A DNA stretch of 64,000 bases, taken from the NCBI GenBank assembly GCA_038087875.1, contig CM075988.1, positions 4,960,001 to 5,024,000 of the forward strand, in the 5' to 3' direction. The notes beneath the pieces are model-generated. The model searched no databases, was not told the origin of the DNA, and was given only the letters and a program-made list of their open reading frames with translations. Within the stretch, counting starts at the first letter, position 1. Each line of letters begins with the position of its first letter. The position numbers and the translations under genes are program-made. This stretch comes from Malacoraja senta. Its lineage: Eukaryota. Shown here piece after piece: positions 49,741 through 63,460 of the stretch.

Positions 49741-50930
49741 GCTTCCTGACCCGCTGAGTGACTCCAGGTTGTTGTAGGCCTATCTTTGGCAGATATGAAC
49801 AGGTGTCTGAGAGTCGGCACCTGATCTCATCACGCAAGAGTTATTTGAATTGGACATTGGTTCTTTCTTGGTTGATGTGAAACCTCTCTCAGTAGAAGAC
49901 CCTTTCCTCATCCTGAGGAGCCAGTGTCTCTTAGAACATGGAACAATACATCACAGGAACAGGCCCTCGGGCCCACAAAGTCCTTGCCGAACATAATGCC
50001 ACGTTAAATTAATCTCATCTGTGTGCGCATGATCCATATCTCTGCGTTCCCTGTGTATCCATCTAAAACGTTCTCAAATACCACTATCATATCTGCCTTC
50101 ACCACCACCCCTGGCCACATGTTCAAGGCACCCACCACATTTTATTGAAAAGCCTTGTCCCGCATATCTCTTTTAAACATAAAAAACATAGAAAATGGGT
50201 GCGGACGTAGGCCATTCGGCCCTTTGAGCCATTCCATATGATCATGGCTGATCATCCAAAATCAGTACCCCATCTTTCTCCATTTAATGATTTAAAATCG
50301 ATTTCCCCTGCACCAATTTTGAGATATGCATTCAGCTCTCTGATCTTATTGTCTCTGCTAATTTGAATGTGGCTCAGTTAGTAATTGAGAGATTAGTACT
50401 TTTGTACTGTATTAAATCAGGTTAGATTCGAGCTGCACATATTCTTCCAGCAGAACCTTTGTCTTCGTCCTCTCTGTGGCATTTCTTCCCACGTGGACCG
50501 TGACAACTGTATCATATCCCTCCCATTCCAAGTTCTCCCCAGCCCCAAAGAGATATCCTTAGCCATCACTGGGAAGGCAGTGCTGGAATAACTCAGCAAG
50601 TTAGGCAGCATCTCAGGAGAACATGGATAGGTTACATTTCAGGTCCCAACCCAAACATCATATACCTATGTTTTCCAGAGATGCTGCCTGATCTGCCGAG
50701 TTACTCCAGCACTTTGTGTCCTTTTGTGTCCACCAGCATCTACAGTCTCTTGTTTCTACTGGGAAAGCAAAGCAACCTTCAAGACTTTGCTTGTGCTAAG
50801 AACAGTATCTATTTCCGCCACTACACTGTCCCCTATCACCATTACATTCCTTGCACTTGCCCAGTTTGAATGGCTCTCTGTAACACTGTGCCGGGTCCAT
50901 TTGCTTCTCCCTGCTCTCTGCCATCTCTCA

Positions 50931-51270
50931 AGATAGACACAAAATGCTGGAGTAACTCAATGGGTCCGGCAGAATCTCTGGAGAAAAGAAATAGGTGACA
51001 TTTCAGGTCAAGACCCTTCTTCGGACTGAGAGTCAGGGGAAAGGGAAAATAGGGGGTGTGAATGAGTCCAGAACAAATCAGAACCGGCACTGATGGCCAA
51101 GGAGCCCACAATGGTCCATTGTTGGCTTTGGAGGAGGTGATAATGAAGGGATACAAACATCGAAACTAGCAGGCCAACTAGGGTGGGGGACGGATGGAGA
51201 GAGAGGGGATGCAAGGGTTACTTAAAATTAGAGAAATTAATATTCATACCACTGGGTTGTCAGCTGCCCA
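50931..51270 (-). mobile_element. Penelope 3' end/pLTR; similar copies at about 28098-28350, 52480-53070 and 59980-60345
   Basis: ORF-end block (caacccagtggtatgaat) plus pLTR. Confidence 0.75.
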
Positions 51271-51654
51271 CTCATCCTCATGGGCTATAGAAATATCAGA
51301 ATATAACATATAACAGAAATATCTTGTTCCTGTTGGAAAGACTGAGGGTCCTTCATGTCTGGGTCTCATTCCTATCCCAGTCATCGTCACCTCTTCCTGT
51401 CTCCGACTTGTTTGACCAACGCTACAGGATTGAATGTGTGTGACAGTCTCTTGGTACAAAGTGTCCACAAAACTCAAGCCACCCACCCCCAGATACATCA
51501 GTGACTTAACCTCAGACTCCTGCTCATCAACACTAAGGCGCAGATTGACAGATTGTTGATTAGTATGGGTGTCGGGGATTTTGGGGAGAAAGCAGGAGAA
51601 TGGGGTTGAGAAGGAAAGATAGATCAGCCATGATAGAATGGCAGAGTAGACTTG

Positions 51655-51984
51655 GGGTTACTGACCATCCCGCGGTCCAGGTATAAGCTCAGGGGCGACC
51701 GTGCTTTTGCGGTTGCAGCACCTAGACTGTGGAACAGCATCCCTCTTCTCATCAGAACTGCCCCATCCATTGACTCCTTTAAGTCTAGACTAGTCCATCG
51801 ACTATTTTAAGTCTAGACTTAAAACTTATTTCTACTCACAAGCGTTTCTTGAGGTCCTCTGAGAGGGGGCTGCATGTATGTATTTATGTATGTATTGTTA
51901 GTACCTACACTGATGTAAAGCACTTTGGTCAACGAGAGTTGTTTTTAAATGTGCTATAGAAATAAAATTGACTTGACTTGACTT
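51655..51984 (+). mobile_element. L2-clade LINE 3' end inserted in a CR1 3' UTR
   Basis: LLTIPRSRYKLRGDRAFAVAAPRLWNSIP...FKSRLKTYF; aataaa followed by (ttgac)n; junction repeat gacttg. Confidence 0.8.
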
Positions 51985-52044
51985 GATGGGCCGAATGGCC
52001 TAATTCTGCTCCTGGAACTCATGAACCTAAGAACTTATGACCTC

Positions 52045-52465
52045 TGAGCACAAGTTCCCGAAGAAGCAGGCACTGCTGATGTGGTGGTGGCCCATCGTAG
52101 ATGATGATGTCTTGTGGGATGGAGTGTGGCTCACGGGTTTGACGCGCGAGGGGGAGTGGGGGGCGTGAAGGCCGCTGTGGGGGGGTTTAGGGCTGCAGCC
52201 TTCCTCCCATCTTTGGCACTAACGAGTCGACTTCGGCGATTGTCTTAGAAACTGTTGACTGCCTTCCTAGTGGTTGTACGGCAGCCAGTCCTGACACTGG
52301 CACGGGTTTCCAGTTCTTTTGGGGCTGGGCCTGCGTGCTGGAGGTGGTCCTTGATACAGTCTTTGAACCGTTGCTTTGGACGTCCTTTGTTCCTTTGACC
52401 CTGTGACAGAACTCCGTACAGGAGTTGACGAGAGAAGCAGGATTGAACCATCTGGATCACATGGC
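52045..52465 (-). mobile_element. RTE-clade LINE 3' fragment
   Basis: RQLLYGVLSQGQRNKGRPKQRFKDCIK. Confidence 0.8.
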
Positions 52466-53634
52466 CTGTCCATCGAAGAAAGACACAAAAAGCTGGAGTA
52501 ACTCAGCGGGACAGGCGGCATTTCTGGACAGAAGGAATGGGTGACGTTTCTGGATAGAAGGAATGGGTGAAGTTTCCGGTCGAGACTGACTAGTTAGGGA
52601 TAAGGGAAACGAGAGATATAGACGATGAAATAGAGAGACAAAGACCAATGAATGAAAGATATGCAAAAAAAGTAATGATGATAGAGGAAACAGGCCATTG
52701 TTACTGTTTGTTGGGTGAAAGCTGGAAGCTGGTGCGACTTGGGTGGGGGAGGGCTTCATGTTCGTTTTCTAGGTCTGCACAAAACCTGAGAGTCTTTAAT
52801 TTGATGCTTTACTCAATGCTGGCAGCAAGGCAACTCCAAATGGCTGCCCACAGACCGTGTACAGACAGGATAAACTATATACAAAACATCTCACTTTGTC
52901 CTGTGCAGCACCACCTGCTGCACGGGAGGAGCAACGGGTACTCCCACCCCACACAGTCCACCAAACATCACAGAGGGATGGAGAGAGAGAGGGAATGCTG
53001 GGGTTACTTGCAGTTAGAGAAATCAATATTCATACCACTGGGCTGTTAGCTGCCCAAGCGAAATACGAAATATGTCCATCGAAGCTAGGTCTTTAAGATC
53101 ATTGCTTCGACGCTTCTGATATCGTCACCTTGAATCATGGTGGTATCCATCAACTCCCACACATTCCAACTGCACCATGTGTTTTGACTTGCCAGACCTG
53201 CCTTACTTTAATCTTATCATTAACTTAGTTTATTTAATTCTTTAAACATAAAGCAACACTATTGCCCTTACCTCACTTTAGGTCATTATATTACCGAAGA
53301 CCCCTCCTCGATATTCATACCCTGTAGAGACTGTGCCTTGAATGGAGCCAGTGAATACTATTCCCGCACATCATACATTCTGAATCAAATCACTTGTTTA
53401 CAAGATGTACTGCAGCTGCATACCTAACTACCTGGAAGGCAGCATAGCTTGAGGTTTGCTAATTTAAACTTCTAGTTTACAAACTACTGACAAAAACAAG
53501 GCCAAGAGCTGAGAGTTAAACTAAGCAAAACGTTTAAAATCAATTCACATTTTGGTTCACTAAAGCCCACACTCAGTGGAAACTGCGCGCTGTGCTAAAA
53601 CACACTGCAAATTTAAATGTATTTAATTATTTCA

Positions 53635-53730
53635 ATTCAGCAGCTGTTACGGTGGGATTCGAACACATTTCCCTGGATCAATGGTCCTGAACTGTGTTTG
53701 TTGGGCCTGAACCTTAACCACTGCTCTGCT
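53635..53730 (-). mobile_element. Old tRNA-derived SINE head
   Basis: Minus strand gcagagcagtggttaagg...gttcgaatcccacc with an over-long spacer. Confidence 0.5.
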
Positions 53731-54227
53731 GCACACATACATAAATAAATACCAGCATTGAGATAACTCAGCTCATCGACCACAATTACATGAGGTCCCA
53801 TCATACTCATTCACACTCAGAGACTTCTTCATTATTTACCATCAGGTTCAAGGATGAACGTGGATTTAAATCCTCCAATTGATGTTTCTTAAATTAAAGA
53901 CTTAATTTTCTAAAGCTGCTCCATTGGAGAAGGCATGCATCACTTGGCTCCAAGCATCTGTTACGGTGCCCTGAGGTTCCTAGTTCTGGCACAACCAGGA
54001 GTCTTGACCCGAAACATCACCGTTCCTTCTCTCCAGAGATGCTACCTATCGCGCTGAGTTACTCCAGCATTTTGTGTCTATCTTCGGTGTAAACCAGCAT
54101 CTGCGGTTCCTTCCTCCTTAGGAGTGAGGTTTGCTGTGATGTTGACATCTTAGCGCCAAGAGCAGGGAGGCCAGTTCATCAATGTTTGTATTGGGAATCT
54201 CCACCCTACAGTAGATGCGTCAGCTTT

Positions 54228-54521
54228 AGGGCCGGTCCAACTTACGCAATTTTTTTCGGCGGCTAGCCGGCACCTGTCGTAGCCGCAGCAGGTCGCCGAA
54301 AATGTTCAACATGTTGAAAACCCAGCGGCGACCAGAAAATGGTACGACTCTTTGGGCGACTACTCACGACCATACAGGCGTCACGTGTCGACATGGTGAG
54401 GTATGTATGGTCGTGAATAGTCGCCCAAAGTGCCGTACCTTTTTCTGGTCGGCGCTGGATTTCCAACATGTTGAAAATGTTCAGCCACCTGCTGCGACTA
54501 TGACGGGTGCTGGCAAGCCCT
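54228..54521. mobile_element. Second palindromic Harbinger-like MITE (related subfamily, right arm deleted)
   Basis: agggccggtccaacttacgc...ggtcgccgaaa.tgttcaacatgttgaa...gaccagaaa shared with 36677-37039; internal inverted arms. Confidence 0.8.
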
Positions 54522-54524
54522 TCA

Positions 54525-54885
54525 GTCCCTCTTCTCCCCTCTCCCATCAGGCAAGATGTACAGTAGTGTGAAAACACATGCCTCCAGATTCAGGGTCAGT
54601 TTATTTCCAGCTGTTATCAGGCAATTGACCCCATCGTATCACCAACTGGAAAGCAGTCCTGACCAACCACCTACCACATTGGAGACCCACGGATTACCTT
54701 TGCTGGGACATTACTGGACTTTATCTTGCACCAAGCATTATTCCCTTTATCCTGCATCTGTGCATTGTGGACAGCGTGATTGTAATCATGTATTGTCTTT
54801 CCGCTGACAGGAGAGCACGCAGTAGAAAAGCTTTTCACTGTACCTCGGAACACGTGACAATAATAAACTGAACTAAACTAAATTA
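54525..54885 (+). mobile_element. Rex1-like 3' end
   Basis: SVKTHASRFRVSLFPAVIRQL and the same tail as 38060-38656. Confidence 0.8.
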
Positions 54886-54892
54886 AACAAAA

Positions 54893-55210
54893 GGGCGGCA
54901 CGGTGGCGCAGCGGTAGAGTTGTTGCCTTACAGCACTTGCAGCACCAGAGACTTGGGTTCGATCCTGACTACGGGTGCTGTCTGTATGGAGTTTGTATGT
55001 TCTCCCCGTGACCGCGTGGGTTTTCTCGGAGATCTCTGGTTTCCACCCACACTCCAAAGACATACAGGTAGGTAGGTTAATTGGCTTGGTGTATGTGTAA
55101 ATTGTCCCTCGTGTGTGTAGGATAGTGTTAATGTGCGGGGACCGCTGGTCAGTGCGGACTCGGTGGGCCGAAGGGCCTGTTTCCACGCTGTATCTCTAAA
55201 CTAAACTAAA
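54893..55210 (+). mobile_element. Full-length V-SINE
   Basis: gggcggcacggtggcgcagcggtagag, ggttcgatcc, V-domain, (taaac)n. Confidence 0.92.
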
Positions 55211-56308
55211 TTATTCATGAAAGATGGGTGGTATGGTTCAGGTCAAGCATGCTGGAGTTTCCACTCTCAGCCAACACTGACTAAGTGCTAGCAATGCATC
55301 TCAGAGGGCAGCAAATCAATGGCACAGCAAACCGAACCTTTGGCATGTGGGCAAAGACAGCTGAAGTACTGAAAACTTTTCCAATTTACACCCGACATCA
55401 TCTGAAAGCAGGGCAATGGTTTCCTGGAAAATAGTCACAACACGCTGGAGGAGCTCAGCGGGTCAGGTAGCATCACTAGAGAACATAGAAAGGTGACCTT
55501 CCGGGTCGGGACCCTTCATCAGATTGAACGTGGGGGGAAGGGGCAAAGAAAGCTGGAAGACATCCCCCCCCACCATCAGTCTGAAGAATAGTCTCAACCC
55601 CAAACGTCACCTACTCATGTTCTCCAGAGATGGCTACCTGGACCACTGAGTTACTCCAGCACTTTGCATCCTTTTTTGGTAAACAGGCGGCTGCAGTTCC
55701 CTGTTTCAACAGTTTTCTGAAGTCTATTGGGGACAACAATGCGACTCCTCCAGTAGCCCTAAACTACCCATGTTACCCATGATCACCATGAGAGCTCCCT
55801 TCTGGCCCCCGTGAGCCGCTGGCATGGCGGTGGTTTAAAGAATCTGAAGGATGAATTCATTATTTTAAGTCCTTGCCACAAATTCTCACCCACCCATTGA
55901 CTCCATTAGTTTTTTTGCAATAAAATGTCTGAAACGCTACCTAACTATGGCCCTTACACCACCCCCTATATCATAAGGTCATAAGTAATAGGAGCAGAAT
56001 TAGGCCATTTGGCCCATCAAGTCTGCTCCACCATTCAATCATGGCTGATCTATCTCTCCCTGCTAACCCCATTCTCCTGCCTTCTCCCCATAACACCTGA
56101 CACCCGTATTAATTAAGAATCTATCTATCTCTGTTTTAAAAATATCCATTGACTTGGCCTCCACAGCCATATCTACACAATGGGCAAGCGATCCATCCAA
56201 CACACGCAACGTAACTGACCCACACTGGCCCACACTGACCCACTATCAGTTCATGTACTTGTTCCATTCATTGATACATTGCTGGCACATATAATAATTA
56301 AACACTCA

Positions 56309-56586
56309 GGGTGGCACGGTGGCGCAGCGGTAGAGTTGCTGCCTTACAGCGCTTACAGCGCCAGAGACCCGGGTTCAATCCCGACTGCAGGTGCTGTCTG
56401 TACGGAGTTCGTACGTTCTCCCCATGACCGCGTGTGTTTTCTCCGAGATCTTCGGTTTCCTCCCACACTCCAAAGATGTACAGGTTTGTAGGTGAATTGC
56501 CTTGGTATAAATTGTAAAATGGTCAGTGCGGACTGGGTGGGCCGAAGAGCCTGTTTCCGAGCTGTATCTCTAAACTAAACTAAACT
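56309..56586 (+). mobile_element. V-SINE
   Basis: SINE consensus with an internal deletion. Confidence 0.88.
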
Positions 56587-57868
56587 ATTGACCCTCTCTA
56601 CATCTGTAATATCTTCCAGACCCATCATCTTCTGAAACCCCTTATTAAATAAGGAGCATTCCCTTATTTAATAAGCTCTGGATTGCTCTCTCCAAACCTA
56701 GACACCGTGTTGAATGAAATACATTATTGTCACAAGTGATAAGGCACAGTGAAATTCTTCGCTTGCATCCCCAGGGTATGCAAATAGTCGAGACATATGG
56801 CATGGACAAAGTTACTAAGTGCCTACTCCAGATCCTCCTTTGTTCTTCCCCCTCCCATATGTTATGTCCTTTACCTTTATTTCTATTGATGTGCTTCTTT
56901 GACCAACTTTTGACCCAGGGTGCCACGGTGCTGCAGTGGTAGAGTTATTGCCTTACAGTGCCATAAACCTGGGTTAATTCTTGACTACGGGTGCGGCTTG
57001 TGTCGAGTTTGCACGTTCTCCCTGTGACCTGCACCGTCATGCTCTGGCTTATTAATAATAACTAATAACTTGTTGCATCTAATTAACTTACAGACAGCAC
57101 CCGTAGTCGGAATCGAACTCGGGTCTCTGGCTCGGTAAGGCAGCAACTCTACCGCTGCGCCACCGTGCCTCACTATTGATTGGGGAGAAGACAGAGAGGA
57201 GAGATACATGGGAAAAAAATACACAAAGTTCTGGAGTACCTCAACGGGTCAGGCATCTTCTGTGGAGAACATGGATAGGTGACGTTTCGGGTTAGGAGCT
57301 TTCTTCATACATACACATAGAAGAAGTTGGCTGATTGCAGTCTTCCATAGATGTCTTTGCCATACAATCATCAAAGGATTTGAGGAAATATTTGATTGAA
57401 GCCCAATACTTTTTATCTGTGTGGTCTGTGACCATGGTAGGTTTTCTCTGAAATAAGTGTCTGTCTCTCTGGATCTCCAGAGAGACAGTTATGACATCCA
57501 TTACATCTTGTCCATGGATACCGACATGTAACAAAAAAATGAAAAGTAGAGATGTAATGGATAGTTCAAAATCTTCACAGATAAAATAAAAACTACCCTA
57601 TTTTCTGCTGGCCAAGACAAATTTCAGTTGAATGTTAATGTATGCAGTTTAACAATTTGCAAATTAAGCTCGAGTCCTTTGATTTCTGAGCTGGAATGTG
57701 AGATTGGTGGGAGGCGACATGATCAGCCCATGAGTGATAACTTCAAAAGCATAGTCGCTGCGATCTGAAACAATGGCGCTGGTGTAAAGCAACTTGGAGA
57801 TTCCTTATGTGTTTAATGTGGTGGCGAGTGTGAAAGGTATCGTGTGGAAACGTATCATCCACAACCAC

Positions 57869-58190
57869 GGGCAGCATGGTGGCGCAGCAGTAGAGTTGCT
57901 GCCTTACAGCGCGTGCAGCGTCGGTGACCTGGGTTCGCTCCCGACAACGGGTGCTGTCTGTATGGAGTTTGTACGTTCTCCCTGTACCTCTCCCTCGGTT
58001 TTCTCCGAGATCTTTAGTTTCCTCCCACACTCCAAAGACGTACAGGTTTGTAGGTTAGTTGGCTTGGTGTAAGTATAAATTGTCCCTAGTGTGCATAGGA
58101 TAGTGTTAATGTGCGGGGATCGCTGGTCGGCGCGGACTCGATGGGCCGAAGGGCCTGTTTCCGTGCTGTATCTCTAAACTAAACTAAACT
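57869..58190 (+). mobile_element. Full-length V-SINE
   Basis: SINE consensus. Confidence 0.9.
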
Positions 58191-58964
58191 GGCATTTCAT
58201 TGTAAAGGTCCACAAAATTCTGGCTCATCCCAATCTCCTGTGTATCGTCAGTCTCTGTGATTGACTCTATCTCCAGGTGGAGTATTGTACTCCACCTATT
58301 TTGTTACGGATTCAGGGCCTGTTTCCTCGACCAAACTAAACTAAAAACTAAATAGGATTCAATCTCCTCCACTCCACCTCCTACTGTATCATATCGCCAT
58401 GAGCCAGGGCTGCCATCTTTAGTCTGAAGGAGGGTCTTGACCCAAAACATCACCCATTCCTTCTGTCCAGACATTCTGCCTGTCCCGTTGAGTGACTCAA
58501 GCATTTTGTGTCTATCTTGTTCGTTACGTCTCAGTGGCTCTCTAATAATATTTTCAATACAAGTAAATTTAACAATTTGGTTCAAATGTTTCTTTTTCTT
58601 TTTTTTATGAAGTTGAACTTTCCACAAACCTCATCGTCCTTTCCCCCGTGGTTTGATCAGCGTTAAACAGTATACACATCGAGTATAGGAAGGAACTACA
58701 GATGCTTGTTTACACTGACGGGTAGACTCAAAATGCAGGAGTAACTCAGCGGGACAGGCGGCATCTCTGGAAAAAAAGAATAGGTGATGTAATGGGTTGA
58801 GACCCTTCTTCAGACAGAAGAGTCTCGATGATGCTGGCCTACTCCCGCACCTATTATCTATTGTCTATTTTCTATTGAAATGTTACCTATTCCTTTGCTC
58901 CAGAGGTGCAGTATAAGCATTGAACTGTGATGTTGTATTTTATTAAGAAGATCCTTTAGGACTT

Positions 58965-59340
58965 TAGTACTGCATAGTGAAAGGCTTGGATAGAGTGGAT
59001 GTGGAGAGGATGTTTCGACTAGTGGGAGAGTCTAGGACTAGAGTTCATAGCCTCAGAATTAAAGGACATTCCTTTAGGAAGGAGATGAGGTGCAATTCTT
59101 TAGTCAGAGGTTGGTGAATCTGTGGAATTCTTTCCACAGAAGGCTGTAGAGGCCAAATCTATGGATATTTCTAAGGCAGCGATAGATAGATTCTTGATTA
59201 GTATGGGTGTCAGGAGTTATGGGGAGAAGGCAGGAGAATGTGGCTGGGAGGGAGAGATAGATCGAGCATGATTGAATGGCGGAACAGTTGATGGGTCGAA
59301 TGGCCTAATTCTGCTCCTATCAATTATGACCTTATGACCT
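58965..59340 (+). mobile_element. CR1 3' fragment
   Basis: CR1 C-terminal coding and (ttatgacc)n tail. Confidence 0.85.
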
Positions 59341-60351
59341 GTGATACTATGTCTTGCGGCATTATCTCTTTTGCAGCATGTGAATATTTCAAGTGTCTTG
59401 TAACAGATAACACTTCACCCGTTATCAAAATGAAGATTGAACGAACTGTTGGAGCAGGGACACAAGGAAAAAAATCAGATTATTGAAAGAAAATAGAGAC
59501 CCGTCTCCCTTGACAGCTTTCTGCAGGGTGCAGATCTTCATTCACAGTCAGCGGGGTCTATGGAGCTGAATCTTAAGGCTTTGATTGTAGCTTAAGAAGA
59601 TAACCTTCGCCAGATAGGACAGATTGATATCAGCAGCAAACTGCAAGCTGTGTCATGCTTTCCTGATCAACCCACTTTAGAAAACTAACCCTGTGTTACA
59701 GAGTGTTTGACTCAGTAATCCCACTTGGCTGTGCATCTTTGCTGCTGTTTTAATTTTTGTATGTAATTTTTTTGTTCATGGAAATCAGAGGAAAACTGAA
59801 GACGTTCTGAGCTCTCCACAATTCCCACAACCTTTTATTCCTTGAACAGTAAAGAACTTGTATTGACTGAAGAAGTAGCCCCGGGTTTCTGAGAGGACAG
59901 GTCCTGTATGCCACATTGTATTTAAGGTTTTTATTTCTTCATGTACGTTCCATAAATTTATAGTTAATATGGGGCAATGCTTACAACCCAGCGGTGTGAA
60001 TATTGATTTCTCTAACTTCAAGTAACCCTTGCATCCCCTCTCTCTTCATCCCTCCCCCACCCAAGTCATACAAGCTCCAAATTTGCCTTGTTGAGTCTCA
60101 TTGTCGGATAACAACAGCTATCATCGTTACTTTTTTGCATATATTTCATTCATTTGTTCTGTATCTCTCTACATCACCGTCTATATCTCTCGTTTCCCTT
60201 TCCCCTGACTCTCAGACTGAAGAAGGGCTCGGCCTGTAACGTCACCTATTCCTTTTCTCCACAGATGCTGCCTGACCAGCTGAGTTACTCCAGCATTTTG
60301 TGACTATCTTCAGTTTAAGCCAGCATCTGCAGCACCTTCCTACATATTTAC

Positions 60352-61200
60352 AATTTAGACGAAGGAATTAAATGTAACATCTCCAAGTTATTTAGACAAA
60401 GGAATTAAATGTAACATCTCCAAGTTTGCAGATAACTCAAAGCTGGGTGGCAGTGTGAGCTGTGAGGTGGATGCTATGAGGCTGCTGGGTGACTTGGGTA
60501 GATTGAGTGAGTGGGCAGATGCATGGCAGATGCAGAATAATGTGGATAAATGTGAGGTTATCCACTTTGGTGGAAAGAACAAGAAGGCATATTATTATCT
60601 GAATGGTGTCAGATTAGGAAAAGGGAAAGCGTAACGAGACCTGGGTGTGTTTGTACATCAGTCACTGAAATAAGCATGCAGGTACAGCAGGTAGTGAAGA
60701 AAGCAAATGGCATGTTGGCCTTCATAGCGGGAGGATTTGAGTTTAGGAGTAAGGAGGTCCTACTGTAGTTGTACAGGGTCCTGGTAAGACCTCTTCTGGA
60801 GTATTGTGTGCAGTTTTGGTCTCCTAAATTGAGGAAGGACATTCTTGCTCTTGAGGGAGTGCAGCGTAGGTTCACCAGGTTAATTCTTGGGATGGCGGGA
60901 CTGACAAATGATGAAAGAATGGATCGACTGGGTTTATATTTACTGGAATTTAGAAGGATGAGAGGCTATCTTATAGAAACATATAACATTCTTAATGGAT
61001 TGGGCAGGCTAGATGCAGGAACAATGTTCCCAATGTTGGGGGAGCCAAGAACCAGGGGTCACAGTTTAGGAATAAGGGGTAGGCAGTTTAGGACTGAGAT
61101 GAGGACATTTTTTTTCACGCAGAGAAGTGTGAATCTGTGGAATTCTCTGCCCCAGAAGGCAGTGGAGGCCAATTCACTGGATATTTTCAAGAGAGAGAAA
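60352..61200 (+). mobile_element. Degraded CR1 RT fragment with a short tandem duplication at its 5' end
   Basis: Close paralogue of 2790-3600 with several stops; atttagac.aaggaattaaatgtaacatctccaagtt occurs twice (60352-60427). Confidence 0.9.
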
Positions 61201-61605
61201 TAGCTTACGTAGGTAGGTCTGTAGTCAATAGTCAGCCACGCCAGCTAAGCATGGCCAATTACCTTTCCTGGAGGTCACTTTTGTGGCGTCACCTCTGGAG
61301 GCAAATAATTGATCAAAATAGCGGGTTGGAACCCTACATCAGGACTCAGAAAGTGGCAGGGTGTTAATTAGTTTAAAGAGGTACGAGAGAGCTGTATGAT
61401 AGGGGCTGGTAGGTGATAGGTAGAACCAGGTGGGAAGGAGTCAGATAAGAAGATGGACGCAGATGAGGCAGGGGGAGAGTAGGATGGAGATGTGAAATTA
61501 GTTAAGGGAGGGATGCTGGGCAGATGCGACCAGATTGAAGTGGGGGAAAGTAAGGACAGGCAGAGGAAGAAGAAACCTGGTGGATGGATACCTGGGCGAT
61601 GGGCG

Positions 61606-61924
61606 TTTTTTAGTTTTGGAGATACAGTGGGGAAACAGCCCCTTCGACCCATCGATTCCACATGGACCAGTGATTCCCGAACATTAACACTACCCTACAC
61701 ACACTAAGGACAATTTTTTTACATTTATACCAAGCCAATTAACCCACAAACCTATACGTCTTTGGAGTGTGGCAGGAAGCCGACATTCTCAGAGAAAACG
61801 CATGCAGGTCATGGGGAGAATGTACAAACTCCAAGATAGCACCCGTAGCCAGGATCGAACCCGGGTCCCTGGAGCTGTAAGCGCTGTAAGGCAGCAACTC
61901 TACTGCTGCACCACCGTGCCACCC
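61606..61924 (-). mobile_element. V-SINE
   Basis: SINE consensus. Confidence 0.85.
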
Positions 61925-62421
61925 TTGGTAGTGAGGGCGATAAATCTAGGTAGTTGTGTGGGACTGGGGAATGCAAAGATGAACAGAGGGAGAGAGAGCC
62001 TCAGAGGGCAGGTAGGTGTTGGACAGGGACACAAGGGTTGTAGATGACCTGAACCTTTAATGATTTATGCTCTTTAGGTTTTGGACTTGTCAGCAGACAG
62101 GCAAGATTGCAAAGTCCCCCATATATTTGGGCATCAATGACAATCTTGTCGAGGCAGGAGGTCACCAATGAGGAACAGCAGAATATATGGTTTGAATCCT
62201 ATGCTAATGACAGAGAAGTGAATCTCTGAAGCACAGGAGAAAACCACAAGTTACATAACATGTCATGGTGTTTGAAACATTTCTCTTGGATTTACCTGGC
62301 CACAGAGACCACATCAGTAGTTCCTCTCACTGGTGTACAGTCACGCCTTTAATTCAGTAAATCTTCTCCCGACGGGGAAACAGTCCATCCGAGTGTATTT
62401 AGGCAAGGGATTCCCAGCAGT

Positions 62422-62770
62422 AGACACAAAATGCTGGAGTAACTCAGCGGGTCAGGCAGCACCTCTGGAGAGAAGGAATGAGTGACGTTTCGGGTCGAGA
62501 CCCTTCTTCAGATTCACAGCAGTGGTGTGAAAAGAGATGACTAGATAACTCCCAAGGTCTGATGTGTTGGAAGCAACTGCAGATGCTGGTTTAAACTGAA
62601 GATATACACAATAAGGTGGAGTAACTCAGCGAGTCAGACAGCATATCTGGAGAGAAGGAAGAGGTGATGTTTCGGGTCAAGAAGTCTGAAGAAAGGCATG
62701 GAACTTCATCTATTCCTTTTCTCCAGAGATGTTGTATGACCCGCTGAATTATTTCAGCTTTTTGTGTCTA
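62422..62770. mobile_element. Two pLTR/hammerhead insertions: 62422-62510 (minus) and 62562-62770 (inverted pair)
   Basis: TSDs gattc(c/a)cagcagt (62409-62421, 62511-62523) and tcccaaggtctg (62550-62561, 62771-62782). Confidence 0.85.
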
Positions 62771-63049
62771 TCCCAAGGTCTGGCCATTTTGATGAGCTGA
62801 CTAAATGAGTATTTCCTCAGGTCAGCTTACATTTCTTCTTGTTTTTAGATATTAATCCAGGGTCTGTGGAAAATGTGGGCCAAAGCATATTCCCCAGCCT
62901 AGAACCTAAGGGTGACATCTTGATCAGGGACCTTATTGTTTTTCATCACCTTGAGATGGGGAGTGAAGGTCTAATTGACCATGTGTTGTTGGAATGGATT
63001 GAGATATTTTATCCAATATCATTGCTTCCGGTTTGGAATCCCAAATGAA

Positions 63050-63460
63050 GAGCTCTTTCTATCAGGCTATGAATTCCTTGGAGCGCAGGAAGATGGGGGT
63101 GTACAAAATGATGAGGGGAATGGATTAGACAAATGCACATCATCTTTTGCCCAGAGCAGGGGAATCACAAACTAGGGGACATAGGTTTAAGGTGAGGGGG
63201 GAAAGATTTAATAGGAAGCTGAGAGGTAACTTTTTTACACAAAGGGTGGTGGGTATATGGAACGATCTGGCAGAGGAGGAGGTAGTTGAGGCAGGTACTA
63301 TCTCAACGTTTAAGAAATATTTAGACAGGTACATGGATAGGTTGTTTAGAGGGATATAGGCCAAAGGCAGGCAGGTGGGACTAGTATAGATGGGGGATGT
63401 TGGTCGGTGGGCAAATTGGGCCGAAGGGCCTGTTTCCAGGCTGTATGACTCTATGAATGA
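63050..63460 (+). mobile_element. CR1 3' fragment
   Basis: PRAGESQTRGHRFKVRGERF...; tail gggccgaagggcctgtttcc shared with the SINE. Confidence 0.88.

Noticed and set aside
58275..58304. Hairpin followed by T-rich bases resembling a bacterial terminator
   Set aside because: Vertebrate-type DNA with no prokaryotic gene upstream; kept only as an unexplained hairpin.
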